Source: Leptolyngbyaceae cyanobacterium | GTDB lineage: Bacteria > Cyanobacteriota > Cyanobacteriia > Phormidesmidales > Phormidesmidaceae | Assembly (NCBI GenBank): GCA_050331235.1 | Contig: JBHJHA010000015.1 | Span: 1 to 64,000, forward strand | Direction of reading: 5' to 3' | DNA length: 64,000 nucleotides | Part shown: positions 1 to 10,518 of the stretch, piece by piece | Layout of the letters: the number at the start of each line of letters is the position of its first letter | Position numbering within the stretch: position 1 is the first letter of the stretch | Notes under the pieces: model-generated | Database searches by the model: none | What the model was told of the DNA's origin: nothing | The model's input: the letters and a program-made list of their open reading frames with translations, nothing else | Position numbers and translations under genes: made by a program

Positions 1-840
1 CTTTTTCTCAACATTGTGGTTCTCCTCATTAAAGCAGTAGTGGGATGGTGGACCGGGTCTCTGAGCCTCCTGGCCGACGCACTCCACAGTGTGACCGATA
101 GTGCCAACAACGTGCTGGGCCTGTTGACTAATCAGTTGGCGTCGCCCGATCCTGATCGCGACCATCCCTACGGCCATCAAAAATACGAAGCCGTCGGCGC
201 TCTGGGCATCGCAGCTTTTTTAGGAATTGCCTGCTTTGAGATTCTCAAACAGGCCGGTGAGCGTCTGGTCTCTGGGGGCAATGCGGTTGTTCTCTCGGCG
301 ATCGCCCTGTGGATCATGCTGGCGGTCTTGGGTATCAATATTGTCGTCGCCTTTTACGAGCGGCGCGTGGGCTTGCAGCTAGGCAGCAAGATCCTTTTGG
401 CCGATGCCCATCACACCATGAGCGATGTGTGGATCACCATTTCAGTTTTAGGGGGCTTGATTGGGGTCTGGCTAGGCTGGCAGTGGCTCGATGTGGTCAT
501 GGCGTTTCCAGTGGCCCTGTTGGTGTTCAAAAGCGGCTGGGAAGTCTTGCGAGAAAATTTACCGTGGCTAGTGGATGAGATGGCGATCGCCCCAGAGGCC
601 ATTCACACAACCGTGATGCAGGTGCCAGGGGTAATTAACTGCCATGACATCGCCTCGCGGGGACTGTTGGGCCGTCAAGTGTTCATTGATATGCATATGA
701 TTGTGGAGCCCAGCGACTTGAGCGATGCCCACGAGATTACTGAGCAGGTGGAAGCCCGGTTGAACCAAAAATATGGCCCGGCTCGGATCACCATTCACCT
801 AGAGCCGCTGGGATATCAGTCTCCCAAAATTAGCTATTAG
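1..840 (+). CDS. Cation diffusion facilitator (CDF) family transporter, 5'-truncated by window
   Basis: Frame open from base 1; motifs SLSLLADALHSVTD, PDRDHPYGH, ADAHHTMSD, cytosolic C-terminal domain ending IHLEP. Confidence 0.9.
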   Translation, partial: LFLNIVVLLIKAVVGWWTGSLSLLADALHSVTDSANNVLGLLTNQLASPDPDRDHPYGHQKYEAVGALGIAAFLGIACFEILKQAGERLVSGGNAVVLSAIALWIMLAVLGINIVVAFYERRVGLQLGSKILLADAHHTMSDVWITISVLGGLIGVWLGWQWLDVVMAFPVALLVFKSGWEVLRENLPWLVDEMAIAPEAIHTTVMQVPGVINCHDIASRGLLGRQVFIDMHMIVEPSDLSDAHEITEQVEARLNQKYGPARITIHLEPLGYQSPKISY

Positions 841-842
841 TT

Positions 843-1367
843 ATGAATTTACCCACTTGGATCACTGACTCACGGCTGCTGGGGGCCCCCCTAGTGCTGT
901 TTTTGTTGCTAGACCCGACCCCGGTCAGAGCCTGGTGGGCAGTGGGGATCTTTTTGGCCGCTGCCACCACTGATTGGGTCGATGGTTATCTAGCGCGTCG
1001 GCTTGATCAAGTCACCGATTTAGGCAAGTTTCTTGATCCTTTAGTTGATAAGCTGCTGGTTTTTGCTCCCCTGCTAGCCTTGATTGGGCTGGGCAAGATT
1101 CCGGCTTGGGGGGTGTTTCTAATTTTGGTGCGGGAGCTGGCGATCTTGGGTTGGCGGGTGAGCGCTACGTTTCAAGCGGGGTCAGTGCCGGGGGCAAACC
1201 TCTGGGGTAAATCGAAAACGGTGGTGCAAATCGCCGCTGTGGCTTGCTTGATGGCTCCTCCAATTTCTCAAACCTGGGATCTCACCGGACAAGTTTTATT
1301 TTGGCTATCGGTGGTGCTGACTTGGGTCTCAGGTCTGCTGTACATCTGGCCGCGATCGGAGATGTAG
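843..1367 (+). CDS. pgsA: CDP-diacylglycerol--glycerol-3-phosphate 3-phosphatidyltransferase
   Basis: CDP-alcohol phosphotransferase signature TDWVDGYLARR..VTDLGKFLDPLVDK; A.LWGK.KT. Confidence 0.9.
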   Translation: MNLPTWITDSRLLGAPLVLFLLLDPTPVRAWWAVGIFLAAATTDWVDGYLARRLDQVTDLGKFLDPLVDKLLVFAPLLALIGLGKIPAWGVFLILVRELAILGWRVSATFQAGSVPGANLWGKSKTVVQIAAVACLMAPPISQTWDLTGQVLFWLSVVLTWVSGLLYIWPRSEM

Positions 1368-1557
1368 CGCGAAGCTAACATGACAAAACGATATGCCGCG
1401 AATTGGTTAAGATTCCCCCTGTTTGCTTGAGCAGCCTTCGTCTCTATGTCGTTTGGCAATGATTGTTACCAAGTTGGACAGCGGTATCTGTTAACTAATC
1501 ATTAATCCCTTACCCTTGGCGTCAGCCGCCGAGGCAGAGCACAAGGTCGAAGCCGGA

Positions 1558-2499
1558 ATGCGCATAGAGCAGCTCGAAGCTTTTTTAATCGTTTCAGAAA
1601 CTGGTAGCTTTCAGCAGGCTGCTAAGCGGTGTGGTGTGACTCAATCCACGATTAGTCGGCAAATTCAAGCGCTGGAGAATGAATTGGATGCCCCCCTTCT
1701 ACGGCGCGGGGCGCAGATTCGGTTGACCGTGGCGGGGGAGGCATTGTTGACTAAAGCTCGCCGCATTTGCCAAGACTGGCAGCAGGTGACTAATGATATT
1801 GCCGATTTGATGGCAGGCAAGCAGCCGGAACTATGTATCGCCGCCATTCAATCAGTGTGCTCCCATTTGCTACCGCCGGTACTACAGCAGTTTTGTAAGG
1901 CCCATGCCCATGTGCAGTTGCGGGTCACAGCCCTGGGGAGCGATCGCTCCCTCAAGGTTTTGCGCGATGGCTTAGTTGATGTGGCGATCGTGATGGATAA
2001 CGAACGCCTCACCACCAGCCCGGAGATGAATGTGCAACCACTATACGAAGAGCCGGTGGAAGTGCTCATGGCTGCCGACCATCCGCTTACGCAGTTTGAG
2101 CGGGTGCCCTGGTCAGAGTTGGCCCATTATCCCCAAGTCGTCTTTAAGGATGGCTACGGAATGCAACGTTTGGTGCAGGCGCAGTTTGCGGAAAGTGGCG
2201 GCGAGCTGCAGGCCGCATTAGAACTGAATACCCTAGATGCCTTTCGCGGGGTGGTGCGCCAGGGCCATTTGACGGCGCTGCTCCCTCAGTCTGCCCTGAC
2301 CGAAGGTCGCCGCGACCCGACATTGGCGATCCGTCCAACGGAGGCCCCGCAGCTCACCCGCAAGGTGGTTCTAGTAACCACTGGCGATCGCCTCATGATT
2401 CCGATTATTCGGGACTTTTGTCAGCTCGTCCTCGAGCGCGGTGCTATTTCCCTCCCTCCGCCTCTTCTGCCTGAATTCGTCTCGGCGAAAAACGCCTAA
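1558..2499 (+). CDS. ntcB: LysR-family nitrogen assimilation regulator NtcB
   Basis: LysR HTH (MRIEQLEAFL..ETGSFQQAA..VTQSTISRQI); ATG at 1558 preferred to TTG at 1516; directly followed by a cnaT-like gene as in the Anabaena ntcB-cnaT pair. Confidence 0.8.
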   Translation: MRIEQLEAFLIVSETGSFQQAAKRCGVTQSTISRQIQALENELDAPLLRRGAQIRLTVAGEALLTKARRICQDWQQVTNDIADLMAGKQPELCIAAIQSVCSHLLPPVLQQFCKAHAHVQLRVTALGSDRSLKVLRDGLVDVAIVMDNERLTTSPEMNVQPLYEEPVEVLMAADHPLTQFERVPWSELAHYPQVVFKDGYGMQRLVQAQFAESGGELQAALELNTLDAFRGVVRQGHLTALLPQSALTEGRRDPTLAIRPTEAPQLTRKVVLVTTGDRLMIPIIRDFCQLVLERGAISLPPPLLPEFVSAKNA

Positions 2500-2505
2500 C
2501 GCCTC

Positions 2506-3561
2506 ATGAGCAAAGCCTTTCGAGAACTATTGAAAAAAGTCGGCAGCGGTCGCCATACCTCTGAAACTCTGACCCGGGCTGAGGCCACCCAAGCGGCCCT
2601 GATGATGCTGTCCCAAACGGCCACGCCAGCGCAAATTGGCGCCTTTATGATTGCCCACCGTATCCGTCGCCCCAATACAGCAGAGCTAGCGGGCTTCTTA
2701 GACGCCTATGCTCAAGTAGGGCCCGTGATCACCGCCATTGAAGCCCAATACCCAGTGATGGTGTTTGGGTTGCCGTACGATGGGCGATCGCGGACGGCTC
2801 CTGCCCAGCCCCTTATTTCTCTGATGCTCGCAGCGTCTGGGTGCCCGGTGCTGCTGCACGGGGGGGAGCGGATGCCTACGAAGTATGGCATTCCCCTCAT
2901 TGATATCTGGCAGGCGCTGGGCATTGACTGGCGTGGTCTACCATTGGCCGCAGTGCAGCAGATTTTACAGGCAACGGGCATTGGCTACTTGCACCTGCCC
3001 GATCATTTTCCCGCTGCCCAGAGGCTAGTGCCCTACCGAGAGCAAATTGGCAAACGTCCCCCCCAGGCCACCTTGGAGCTGATGTGGTGCCCTTACCAGG
3101 GAGCCTGTCAGGTGGTTGTAGGCTACGTGCATCCCCCCACGGAAGGGTTGGCCCAGGGCACCTTGACCGCCCTCAACATTCCTAACTTCCTCACCGTCAA
3201 GGGGTTGGAAGGCAGTTCCGACTTGCCCCGAGCGCGGGCCGCCATCATTGGCAACCATACCCCTGCTGGGGAAGAACGCTGGGTACTCCATGCGCGTGAT
3301 TACGATTTGGGCAACCAAACCGAAACGCCTCTGGGGGCAGAATCTACTTATCTCGCTGACCTCCAGGCTACACTGGCTGGTAAACCGACCATCTTGCGAT
3401 CGCTGGCCCTCTGGAATGGCGGTTTTTATCTCTGGCGCAGTGGTGTAGTCAGTAGCCTGGCCGCTGGCATTGATGAAGCCAGCGCTTTGCTAGGGGGCGA
3501 TCGCTTGACCAAACAGGTGAGCCTGCTACAGCAAGCCATTGAGCGCTATCGTCCGTTGTAG
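2506..3561 (+). CDS. cnaT: Anthranilate phosphoribosyltransferase-like protein (glycosyltransferase family 3), CnaT-like
   Basis: TrpD-like N-terminus AQIGAFMIAHR; YDGRSRTAP in place of the TrpD GTGGD motif; 6 bp downstream of ntcB. Confidence 0.7.
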   Translation: MSKAFRELLKKVGSGRHTSETLTRAEATQAALMMLSQTATPAQIGAFMIAHRIRRPNTAELAGFLDAYAQVGPVITAIEAQYPVMVFGLPYDGRSRTAPAQPLISLMLAASGCPVLLHGGERMPTKYGIPLIDIWQALGIDWRGLPLAAVQQILQATGIGYLHLPDHFPAAQRLVPYREQIGKRPPQATLELMWCPYQGACQVVVGYVHPPTEGLAQGTLTALNIPNFLTVKGLEGSSDLPRARAAIIGNHTPAGEERWVLHARDYDLGNQTETPLGAESTYLADLQATLAGKPTILRSLALWNGGFYLWRSGVVSSLAAGIDEASALLGGDRLTKQVSLLQQAIERYRPL

Positions 3562-3948
3562 CGTCTCTGGGAATTGAGACTCTCATGGCTGTGGTGGTGT
3601 GGTCGAGGCGCGATCGCCCCTATGCCTCAATTTTTGGCTTCTACCGTTGTTGAACTGGCATGATGGTAGCGCGTGCGATCACATTCCCTGCGCGTCGCTC
3701 AGCACCTAGCTGCGTAGCCTTAATATTCTTTCAACTTGTATCACTTTTTCTCTGGATCAACGTTTAGAGAACGTAATTTTCCACAGCTTCGAGAGCACGG
3801 ACGGGTAGTTGCTACCTCGCTGACGCTTGCCGATTGGCTTTTGTGGACAGGTGATGGACAACGGTAGCCAGCCATTACCAGCCTGACCTAGTAATGCCTC
3901 TCGAGGTGAAACTGTACAGTGACGCCTCCCAAGTGGTATGACTGGGTA

Positions 3949-4051
3949 GGAAGGGGAGTAGCTACGAACTGCTCAATCAGTTCGGCGTCTAAATCAACAC
4001 ACTGGGGATGACCCTGGTTTGGACGGCAACTTTATTGCCAGCGAGACCTTC
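3949..4051 (+). ncRNA. yybP-ykoY manganese riboswitch aptamer
   Basis: 5' GAAGGGGAGUAGC, loop UCAACA, 3' GCGAGACCUUC; P1 GAAGG/CCUUC; internal stems CGAACUG/CAGUUCG and GGCAA/UUGCC; upstream of a UPF0016 gene. Confidence 0.9.
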
Positions 4052-4148
4052 ACTGAGTCCACTGCTGAGTGGGCTGGGTGAGGTTCGGCAATTTGCTCTC
4101 TTCTCATCGTGCTCACTCAGCCTCTATCGCGTTCGGAGGAAACTGAGA

Positions 4149-4772
4149 GTGAGCGTTTTAACGGGTTTTACCGCAGGTTTGTTGCTCATCACCCTATCTG
4201 AATTGGGGGATAAAACCTTCTTTATTGGGGCTATCTTAGCGATGCGCTACCCCCGGCGGTGGGTTTTCTTGGGCGTCGCGATCGCATTGGCAGCCATGAC
4301 GGTGCTGTCGGTTGGGTTGGGTCAGGTTGCTAATCTCCTGCCCCAGTATCTTATCGATGCCATCGCGGTCGCCCTGTTTTTAGGATTTGGCGGCAAGCTG
4401 CTGTATGACGCCAGTCGTATGCCTGCTAGTGGCTGTCTGCCAGAGGAGCAAGCCGAAGCTCAGGCCGCCGTGAGCAACTGCGCAGCCCTTGGACAGTCGG
4501 GCATTGTGGGGCGGACGATCGTCCTGGAGGCGTTGGCGCTGACCTTTGTGGCTGAGTGGGGCGATCGCACTCAATTTGCCACCATGATGTTATCAACGAC
4601 CAATCATCCCTTGGGGGTCATCGTCGGGGCTACTTTGGGCCACATGATTTGTGCCGCGATCGCGGTGCTAGCGGGCCGGCTGATTGCGGGGCGACTGTCA
4701 GAACGCCTATTAACGGCCCTTGGCGGCGGGTTATTTATCTTGTTTGGACTGGTGACTCTGGTGAGAGGGTAG
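4149..4772 (+). CDS. TMEM165/GDT1 (UPF0016) Mn2+/Ca2+ transporter, Mnx/MneA-like
   Basis: Two E-x-G-D-[KR]-T motifs (ELGDKT, EWGDRT); GTG at 4149 with GGAGG at 4135-4139; the track start at 4008 lies inside the riboswitch. Confidence 0.9.
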   Translation: MSVLTGFTAGLLLITLSELGDKTFFIGAILAMRYPRRWVFLGVAIALAAMTVLSVGLGQVANLLPQYLIDAIAVALFLGFGGKLLYDASRMPASGCLPEEQAEAQAAVSNCAALGQSGIVGRTIVLEALALTFVAEWGDRTQFATMMLSTTNHPLGVIVGATLGHMICAAIAVLAGRLIAGRLSERLLTALGGGLFILFGLVTLVRG

Positions 4773-4815
4773 GACAGTAGGGGCAAATCGCCCCCCCTTG
4801 GCCGGTCTCACTCTG

Positions 4816-7578
4816 CTAGTTGCGACGGGGGTTTTGCGGGATATGGTTCAGCTGCCGAGGGTCAAGTCGGTTGACGAGTATGGCAAATGGCAACATGGGC
4901 AGCATGGGCAACAAACAAATTAGCCACTGGTTTCCAGTCAAGGGAGCAGTCTCAAATAGGGTATTCATCACGCCCCACTGGCTGAAGATAATTTGTAATA
5001 CCACCGCCGTGGAAATGCCCACAATCAAGATGGGGGCATGGGTGACAGCAGTGGTTTTGCGGCTTAGGTACTGCCACAGGCTGTGGCCTAGTTGACTGAT
5101 GCTCAGCAGGTAAACAATCCGCGCGGCCACTAAGGCCTGAATTGCCATGGTGCGGGCAATGGCCAAATCTCCGGTCGTGGCCTTAGCCCATTCAAATATG
5201 CCAAAAATTAAAATCCAGTTAAAGAAGGAAACCGCTAGGATACGGCGCAGAAGATGGCCGGTCAACAATGATTCCCCTGGCGGACGAGGCGATTGCTGCA
5301 TCAAACCGTCCGCCTTGGGCTCAAAGGCCAGAGGCACCGTCATGGTGAGGGAGTTGATCATATTCAACCAAAGCACCTGCAGGGAGAGAATCGGTAAATC
5401 CCTGGCCAGCAAAGCGCTGATCAAAATCGTCATGGATTCACCGCCATTCACCGGCAGCAAAAAGGCGATCGCCTTCCGCAAATTTTGATACACGGTGCGC
5501 CCTTCTTCAACTGCGGCTTCGATGGAGGCAAAATTATCATCGGTGAGCAGCATATCAGCGGCTTCTCGCGCCACTTCGGTCCCGTTTTTGCCCATGGCAA
5601 TCCCGATGTCCGCCTGTTTTAGGGCCGGGGCATCGTTGACCCCATCTCCTGTCATGGCTACGATATGGCCCTGCAGCTGTAGGGTTTCTACCAATCGTAG
5701 CTTCTGGGCGGGGGCGACCCTGGCAAAAACATCCCCATCCATGACCGTTTGGGCCAGTTGGGTATCATCCATCGCGGTAAGCTGGTTGCCGGCAAAGCCT
5801 ACGACCTGGTCGGCTTGGTGAATGCCCATGCGCTGGGCGATCGCCTGTGCCGTAGCAATGTGGTCGCCGGTGATCATCTTGACTTGAATGCCCGCTGACT
5901 GGCAGGCCTGGACGGCCGCTATCGCCTCCGGGCGGGGTGGGTCAATCATGCCCTGCAACCCTAGAAATACGAGATCTGCCTGAATATCGTCATGGCTGAG
6001 GGTGGGGTGGCGATCGCCCATCGTCTTTCGGGCAAAGGCCAGTACACGTAATCCTTTAACCGTCATGCTGGCCACTGCCTGTTCGATCGCGGCCTGATCC
6101 AGCGGCTGTCTCTGGCCTGCCGCCGTTAGAGCCGAAGAGCAGCGTTGTAACAGTGCTTCCACAGAGCCCTTGACGTAAATGACACGGGGGCAAGCCTCAT
6201 GTAGGGTGGCCATGTACTGGTACTCCGACGCAAAGGGGATGGCATCGAGCCGAGGCATAAAACTTGCCATCCCTGCTTGGTGCAAATCCGCTTTGGCTGC
6301 AGCGGCAACCAACGCTCCCTCGGTGGGGTCGCCGACCACCGTCCAGTAGTCATTGGCATGTTTGAGCTGGCTATCGTTGCACAGTACCCCTGCCACTAGA
6401 CATTCCCGTAGGGCTGCCGGCAAGTGATCATCCGTCAGAGGCGCGGTATCCTCGGGGGCCGCTTCTGTAACTAAACTAATTGCTCCCTCTGGGCTATAGC
6501 CGCTACCGCTGAGTCGATAGGTCTGTGCCCCGGCGTAAATCGCCTGCACGGTCATCTGGTTTTCGGTGAGGGTGCCAGTTTTGTCAGAACAAATGACGGT
6601 AGCGCTACCCAGGGTCTCGACGGCGGGCAGTTTGCGAATGATGGCATGGCGCCGGGCCATGCGGTTGACACCGATCGCTAGGGTAATGGTGACGACGGCG
6701 GGCAAGCCTTCGGGAATGGCGCTCACCGCCAGAGCGACCGCCGCTTCAAACATCGATTCCCAGGATTCGCCCTGGCCTAGGCCAATGGCAAAGGTGAGGG
6801 TGGCCAGGGTCAAGATGCAGTAGAGCAGGGTGCGACTAAAGGCAGCAAACTTGCGGGTTAAAGGAGTGGTGAGATTGACCCGCTGCTCCATTGACTGAGA
6901 AATGTGTCCCACTTCAGTGGCTGCCGCCGTCGCCACGACTAGCCCAGTCCCTTGACCAAAGGTGACAAAGCTACCGGCGTAGGCCATGTTGGTGCGTTCT
7001 GCCAGGGGCGTTTCCACCGGCAGCGGCTTAGTAGATTTCTCCACTGGGACGGATTCTCCAGTAAGAGCCGACTCACCCACCTGCAGGTTTCGAGACTTCA
7101 ACAGTCGCACATCGGCGGGCACCTTATCCCCCGAAGCCAATATGACAATATCCCCCGGCACTAAATCCTGGGACTGCACCCGCAGCATCTGCCCCTCCCT
7201 CAGGGCCGTAGTTTCAGTGGTGACAGCTTGAGCCAGGGAAGCGATCGCCCCTTCGGCCTTCGCTTCCTGTACGTAGCCGATGACGGCATTAATGACCGTC
7301 ACTCCCCAAATCACCGCCGCATTAGTCCACGACCCGAGAAATGCCTTGACTCCCCCAGCCAGCAGTAGGATATAGAGAAGTGGCTGATTAAATTGCAGCA
7401 GAAACCTGAGCCAGGCAGGCTTTCCCGGTTTGACGGGCAATTCATTCCGGCCATAGGTGGGGTAACGGCGGGCCACGTCTTCAGCGGTCAGCCCCGTTTC
7501 TACATTGGTCTTGAGCTGTTTGGCAATGGCCTCAACGGAGTCTTGATGAAAGGCTTGAGAGCGCATCTCTACCAGCAT
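4816..7578 (-). CDS. P2-type cation-transporting P-type ATPase (Ca2+-ATPase-like)
   Basis: TGES, PEGL, DKTGTLT, TGDGVNDAPALK motifs; ATG at 7578 preceded by GGAGG. Confidence 0.92.
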   Translation of the reverse strand: MLVEMRSQAFHQDSVEAIAKQLKTNVETGLTAEDVARRYPTYGRNELPVKPGKPAWLRFLLQFNQPLLYILLLAGGVKAFLGSWTNAAVIWGVTVINAVIGYVQEAKAEGAIASLAQAVTTETTALREGQMLRVQSQDLVPGDIVILASGDKVPADVRLLKSRNLQVGESALTGESVPVEKSTKPLPVETPLAERTNMAYAGSFVTFGQGTGLVVATAAATEVGHISQSMEQRVNLTTPLTRKFAAFSRTLLYCILTLATLTFAIGLGQGESWESMFEAAVALAVSAIPEGLPAVVTITLAIGVNRMARRHAIIRKLPAVETLGSATVICSDKTGTLTENQMTVQAIYAGAQTYRLSGSGYSPEGAISLVTEAAPEDTAPLTDDHLPAALRECLVAGVLCNDSQLKHANDYWTVVGDPTEGALVAAAAKADLHQAGMASFMPRLDAIPFASEYQYMATLHEACPRVIYVKGSVEALLQRCSSALTAAGQRQPLDQAAIEQAVASMTVKGLRVLAFARKTMGDRHPTLSHDDIQADLVFLGLQGMIDPPRPEAIAAVQACQSAGIQVKMITGDHIATAQAIAQRMGIHQADQVVGFAGNQLTAMDDTQLAQTVMDGDVFARVAPAQKLRLVETLQLQGHIVAMTGDGVNDAPALKQADIGIAMGKNGTEVAREAADMLLTDDNFASIEAAVEEGRTVYQNLRKAIAFLLPVNGGESMTILISALLARDLPILSLQVLWLNMINSLTMTVPLAFEPKADGLMQQSPRPPGESLLTGHLLRRILAVSFFNWILIFGIFEWAKATTGDLAIARTMAIQALVAARIVYLLSISQLGHSLWQYLSRKTTAVTHAPILIVGISTAVVLQIIFSQWGVMNTLFETAPLTGNQWLICLLPMLPMLPFAILVNRLDPRQLNHIPQNPRRN

Positions 7579-8296
7579 CGATGACCTCCAATACAAAACT
7601 TCTGCTGTGAAAAGCGCGATTTAGCGACTGGTTGAAAATGGCGTAAGCCCATGGCTACTATCAACGCTTTGGCGACTACCAATACCTTAGAGCTGGATGA
7701 TCCCGCGAGCCGACAGTCATCTCCTTCTGCCTGCTATTGGCAATGGGCGAGAAGCAGTAAGGCCCCTTGGGATCGCAGAAGAGCTTCAATCTGCGGCGCT
7801 ATTTGGCAGCATTGGTACAACGAGCTCATTAGGGAATCTTCAACCAGGTCCTCGTATCGATGCTAGCGCTAGGCACCTGTGAATGGTGATAGAAGATACA
7901 TATTTGATAAATAGAGTCTGCCAATTCTCTGCGAGGCAAATTTAAGGTGCGATATGGCGTTGAGAGACTGCCTGGACTTGAAAGCAAGGGGGATGATTTG
8001 CCCTCCCCCAATTCAGCCTTCCCCAGCGAGTCACGTGAGATTGGCTACGGTCAATCACCCGATTGTCTTTGGCGAGGGCCTTTTCCTGTACGGGCAATTC
8101 TGTACCTTTTTATTTCCTGCATGTGGCTTGCTGGTGTATTCAAGATCAATCTGACCTAGCCCAGTTGATCGCTAGCCGCAAGTCATAAAACGGGCAAATT
8201 GGGTGACATGCCGGCGTTCACCGGAGTCGCGTTCGTTGTCAGTAAACAGTAATGGGATCTGTTGGCCTCTTTGCCCACCCAGGTTAGGGGCAAAAT

Positions 8297-8326
8297 AAAA
8301 ATCCCCTCACTCGCTGTGAAGGGATT
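8297..8326 (-). terminator. Intrinsic terminator downstream of gltA
   Basis: Minus strand AATCCCTTCAC-AGCGA-GTGAGGGGATT followed by a T run. Confidence 0.65.
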
Positions 8327-8398
8327 GGAGTTCCTGAAAATCGTCACTGAACTTATCTTAGTAAGCTTTTTTACGGATGTGAAAGGGGGGGGAACCCC

Positions 8399-9577
8399 TT
8401 AGGGGTGATGACCATTAGGCAAATCCCGATCCCAAATTTGCGGACGATCAGGGAGAGCAATGTATTTCTGGCCATGGTTGCCGGTATAAATCTGTGTCGG
8501 TCGAAAAATGCGATTTTCGCGGATCTGCTCTTTCCAGTGGGCGAGCCAACCAGCAACGCGGGCGATCGCAAAAACCGGCGTAAACAAATCCGTAGGGATG
8601 CCCAAACGTCGGTAAACCAAGCCTGAGTAAAAGTCCACGTTGGGATAGACCCCTTTGCCCCCTAGGCGCTCAGTAACCACTTGCTCTAGCTCTAAAGCAA
8701 TATCGTAATACTCGTCTGAGCCAAACTTTTCAAATAGCTGCTCCGCCAGCTTCTGCAAAATCTTAGCTCGCGGATCCTTGACTTTGTAAACTCGGTGGCC
8801 AAAGCCCATAATCCGTCTTTTTTCCTTTACACACTGATCGACATAGGGCCGCACATTATCAACGCTGCCGATGGTTTCTAGCATTTCGATGACTTCTTCA
8901 TTGGCACCACCATGTAAGGGCCCCGCGAGGGTGCCCACCGCCGAGGCGACAATCGCGTAGGGATCAGTCAGGGTAGAGGCTGTCACCATGGCTGAAAAGG
9001 TAGATGCATTGATCGTGTGCTCGGCATGGAGGGTCAGGCAAATGTCAAAAATACGGGCCGCTAAGGGGTCGGGTTCTTGCTCGTTGAGCATGTATAGAAA
9101 GTTGGCGGCGTAGTCTAGGTCATCTCGGGGCTGCACGGGGGCGTTACCCTTACGCATTAGCTGAAACGCCGCCACCATGGTGGGAATTTTAGCGATCAGC
9201 CGCACAACTGCCTTTTGAATGTAAACCGGGTCGTTGAGCGTCCGCTTGGAGTAAAACAGCCCCAAGGCTGCGGCACAAGCCTGTAATGCATCCATCGGGT
9301 GCCCGCCTTCGGGAAAGCATTTCATCATGTCGCGGATACGATATTTGAGCCGCCGATGGTTGCGAATGCCATGCTCAAACTCGTCTAACTCTGGTTGGGT
9401 TGGTAACCCGCCCCAAATCAACAAATAGGCAGTTTCCAAAAAGGTGCTGTGGTGGGCCAAATCCTCAATACGGATGCCGCGATACTCTAAAATGCCCTGC
9501 CTACCATCGACATGGCTAATCGATGATTGTGTTGCTGGAATTCCCTCCAGACCGGGTTTATAGTCACAAACTGTCAT
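8399..9577 (-). CDS. gltA: Citrate synthase
   Basis: HAEHTINASTF, GPLHGGANE, GFGHRVYKVKDPR, YPNVDFYSG; start taken at MTVCDYKPG. Confidence 0.95.
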   Translation of the reverse strand: MTVCDYKPGLEGIPATQSSISHVDGRQGILEYRGIRIEDLAHHSTFLETAYLLIWGGLPTQPELDEFEHGIRNHRRLKYRIRDMMKCFPEGGHPMDALQACAAALGLFYSKRTLNDPVYIQKAVVRLIAKIPTMVAAFQLMRKGNAPVQPRDDLDYAANFLYMLNEQEPDPLAARIFDICLTLHAEHTINASTFSAMVTASTLTDPYAIVASAVGTLAGPLHGGANEEVIEMLETIGSVDNVRPYVDQCVKEKRRIMGFGHRVYKVKDPRAKILQKLAEQLFEKFGSDEYYDIALELEQVVTERLGGKGVYPNVDFYSGLVYRRLGIPTDLFTPVFAIARVAGWLAHWKEQIRENRIFRPTQIYTGNHGQKYIALPDRPQIWDRDLPNGHHP

Positions 9578-10005
9578 TTTTGCATCGCTCCCATACATTG
9601 ACTGACCCCGTCAGTTGCCAAATCTTAGCCGCACATCCACCCAACCGTCTCTGCAACTTCCACATTTGGGAGGCACTCTTCGTCGGATACGGCGCTATTG
9701 CTTTAGACAAAAGATGCTTCAGATCTTTCCTTAGCAGAATTCGAACCTTGCAGTCTGTTTAGTTCGCAACGTCTATCAAGATGGAAAGAATCGGTTAGCC
9801 TCAGCGGTGTCTTCACATCCCTCCATTATGGGACGTCACGTAGCCGAAGAACAGAGGGAATGAGAAGGGGTAAGCTCGGCGCGATCGCTCACGATCTATC
9901 ACCTTAGCTCTCAGCAACATCAGCGCCGTCTGTTGGAAGGGCGCTTCTCTGTCCTGACCAGCGAGTAACTTCTCAATATTGAGAAATACGGCTGACATCG
10001 AATCG

Positions 10006-10518
10006 CTACAGCAAAAACCGGGGTGGCGTGAACCAAAATAGGGTGCTCTGACCGATCGCCTCTTTAGCCACCGGAACTTCGATCCCCATCACGCCAGCCT
10101 TTTTGAGTCGCCAGCGATCGCGGGTCTCACCTTCGACCAATAACTGTGCCCAACTGCTGAGGTCTGGCTCATGGCCAACCAGCGCGACACGACTAACCGG
10201 ATGCGCGGTCTGCCAGTCGGTAAGCCAGGGCAGCCAATCATTAAGATGGCCACCGGGGGCAAGCAGGTCAACGGTCTCAAGGGTTGGGGCGAGATTGGCC
10301 TCTAGCAAAATAGCGGCGGTTTCCTGCGCCCGCACCAGCGGACTCGTCAGTAATATCTCAACGTGACAACCGAGCTCTACCAGTCGTTGAGCTACCGCAG
10401 TCGTGCGCGATCGCCCTTTGTCGGTCAGGGGACGTTGGTCGTCATTCGCGTAGGTGCCGCGCTGGGCGGCGATGCCGTGGCGGATAAAAAATATCTCAGT
10501 CAGTGGAGATGAGGCCAT
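10006..10518 (-). CDS. sixA: Phosphohistidine phosphatase SixA
   Basis: RHG motif, RPLT..GR, SPLVRAQET, LVGHEP. Confidence 0.9.
   Translation of the reverse strand: MASSPLTEIFFIRHGIAAQRGTYANDDQRPLTDKGRSRTTAVAQRLVELGCHVEILLTSPLVRAQETAAILLEANLAPTLETVDLLAPGGHLNDWLPWLTDWQTAHPVSRVALVGHEPDLSSWAQLLVEGETRDRWRLKKAGVMGIEVPVAKEAIGQSTLFWFTPPRFLL

Noticed and set aside
3777..3785. Single TTTTCCACA DnaA box
   Set aside because: An isolated 9-mer is compatible with chance.
7600..8290. Second riboswitch or small ORFs upstream of the P-type ATPase
   Set aside because: No yybP-ykoY or fluoride consensus found on either strand; the short ORFs lack motifs.
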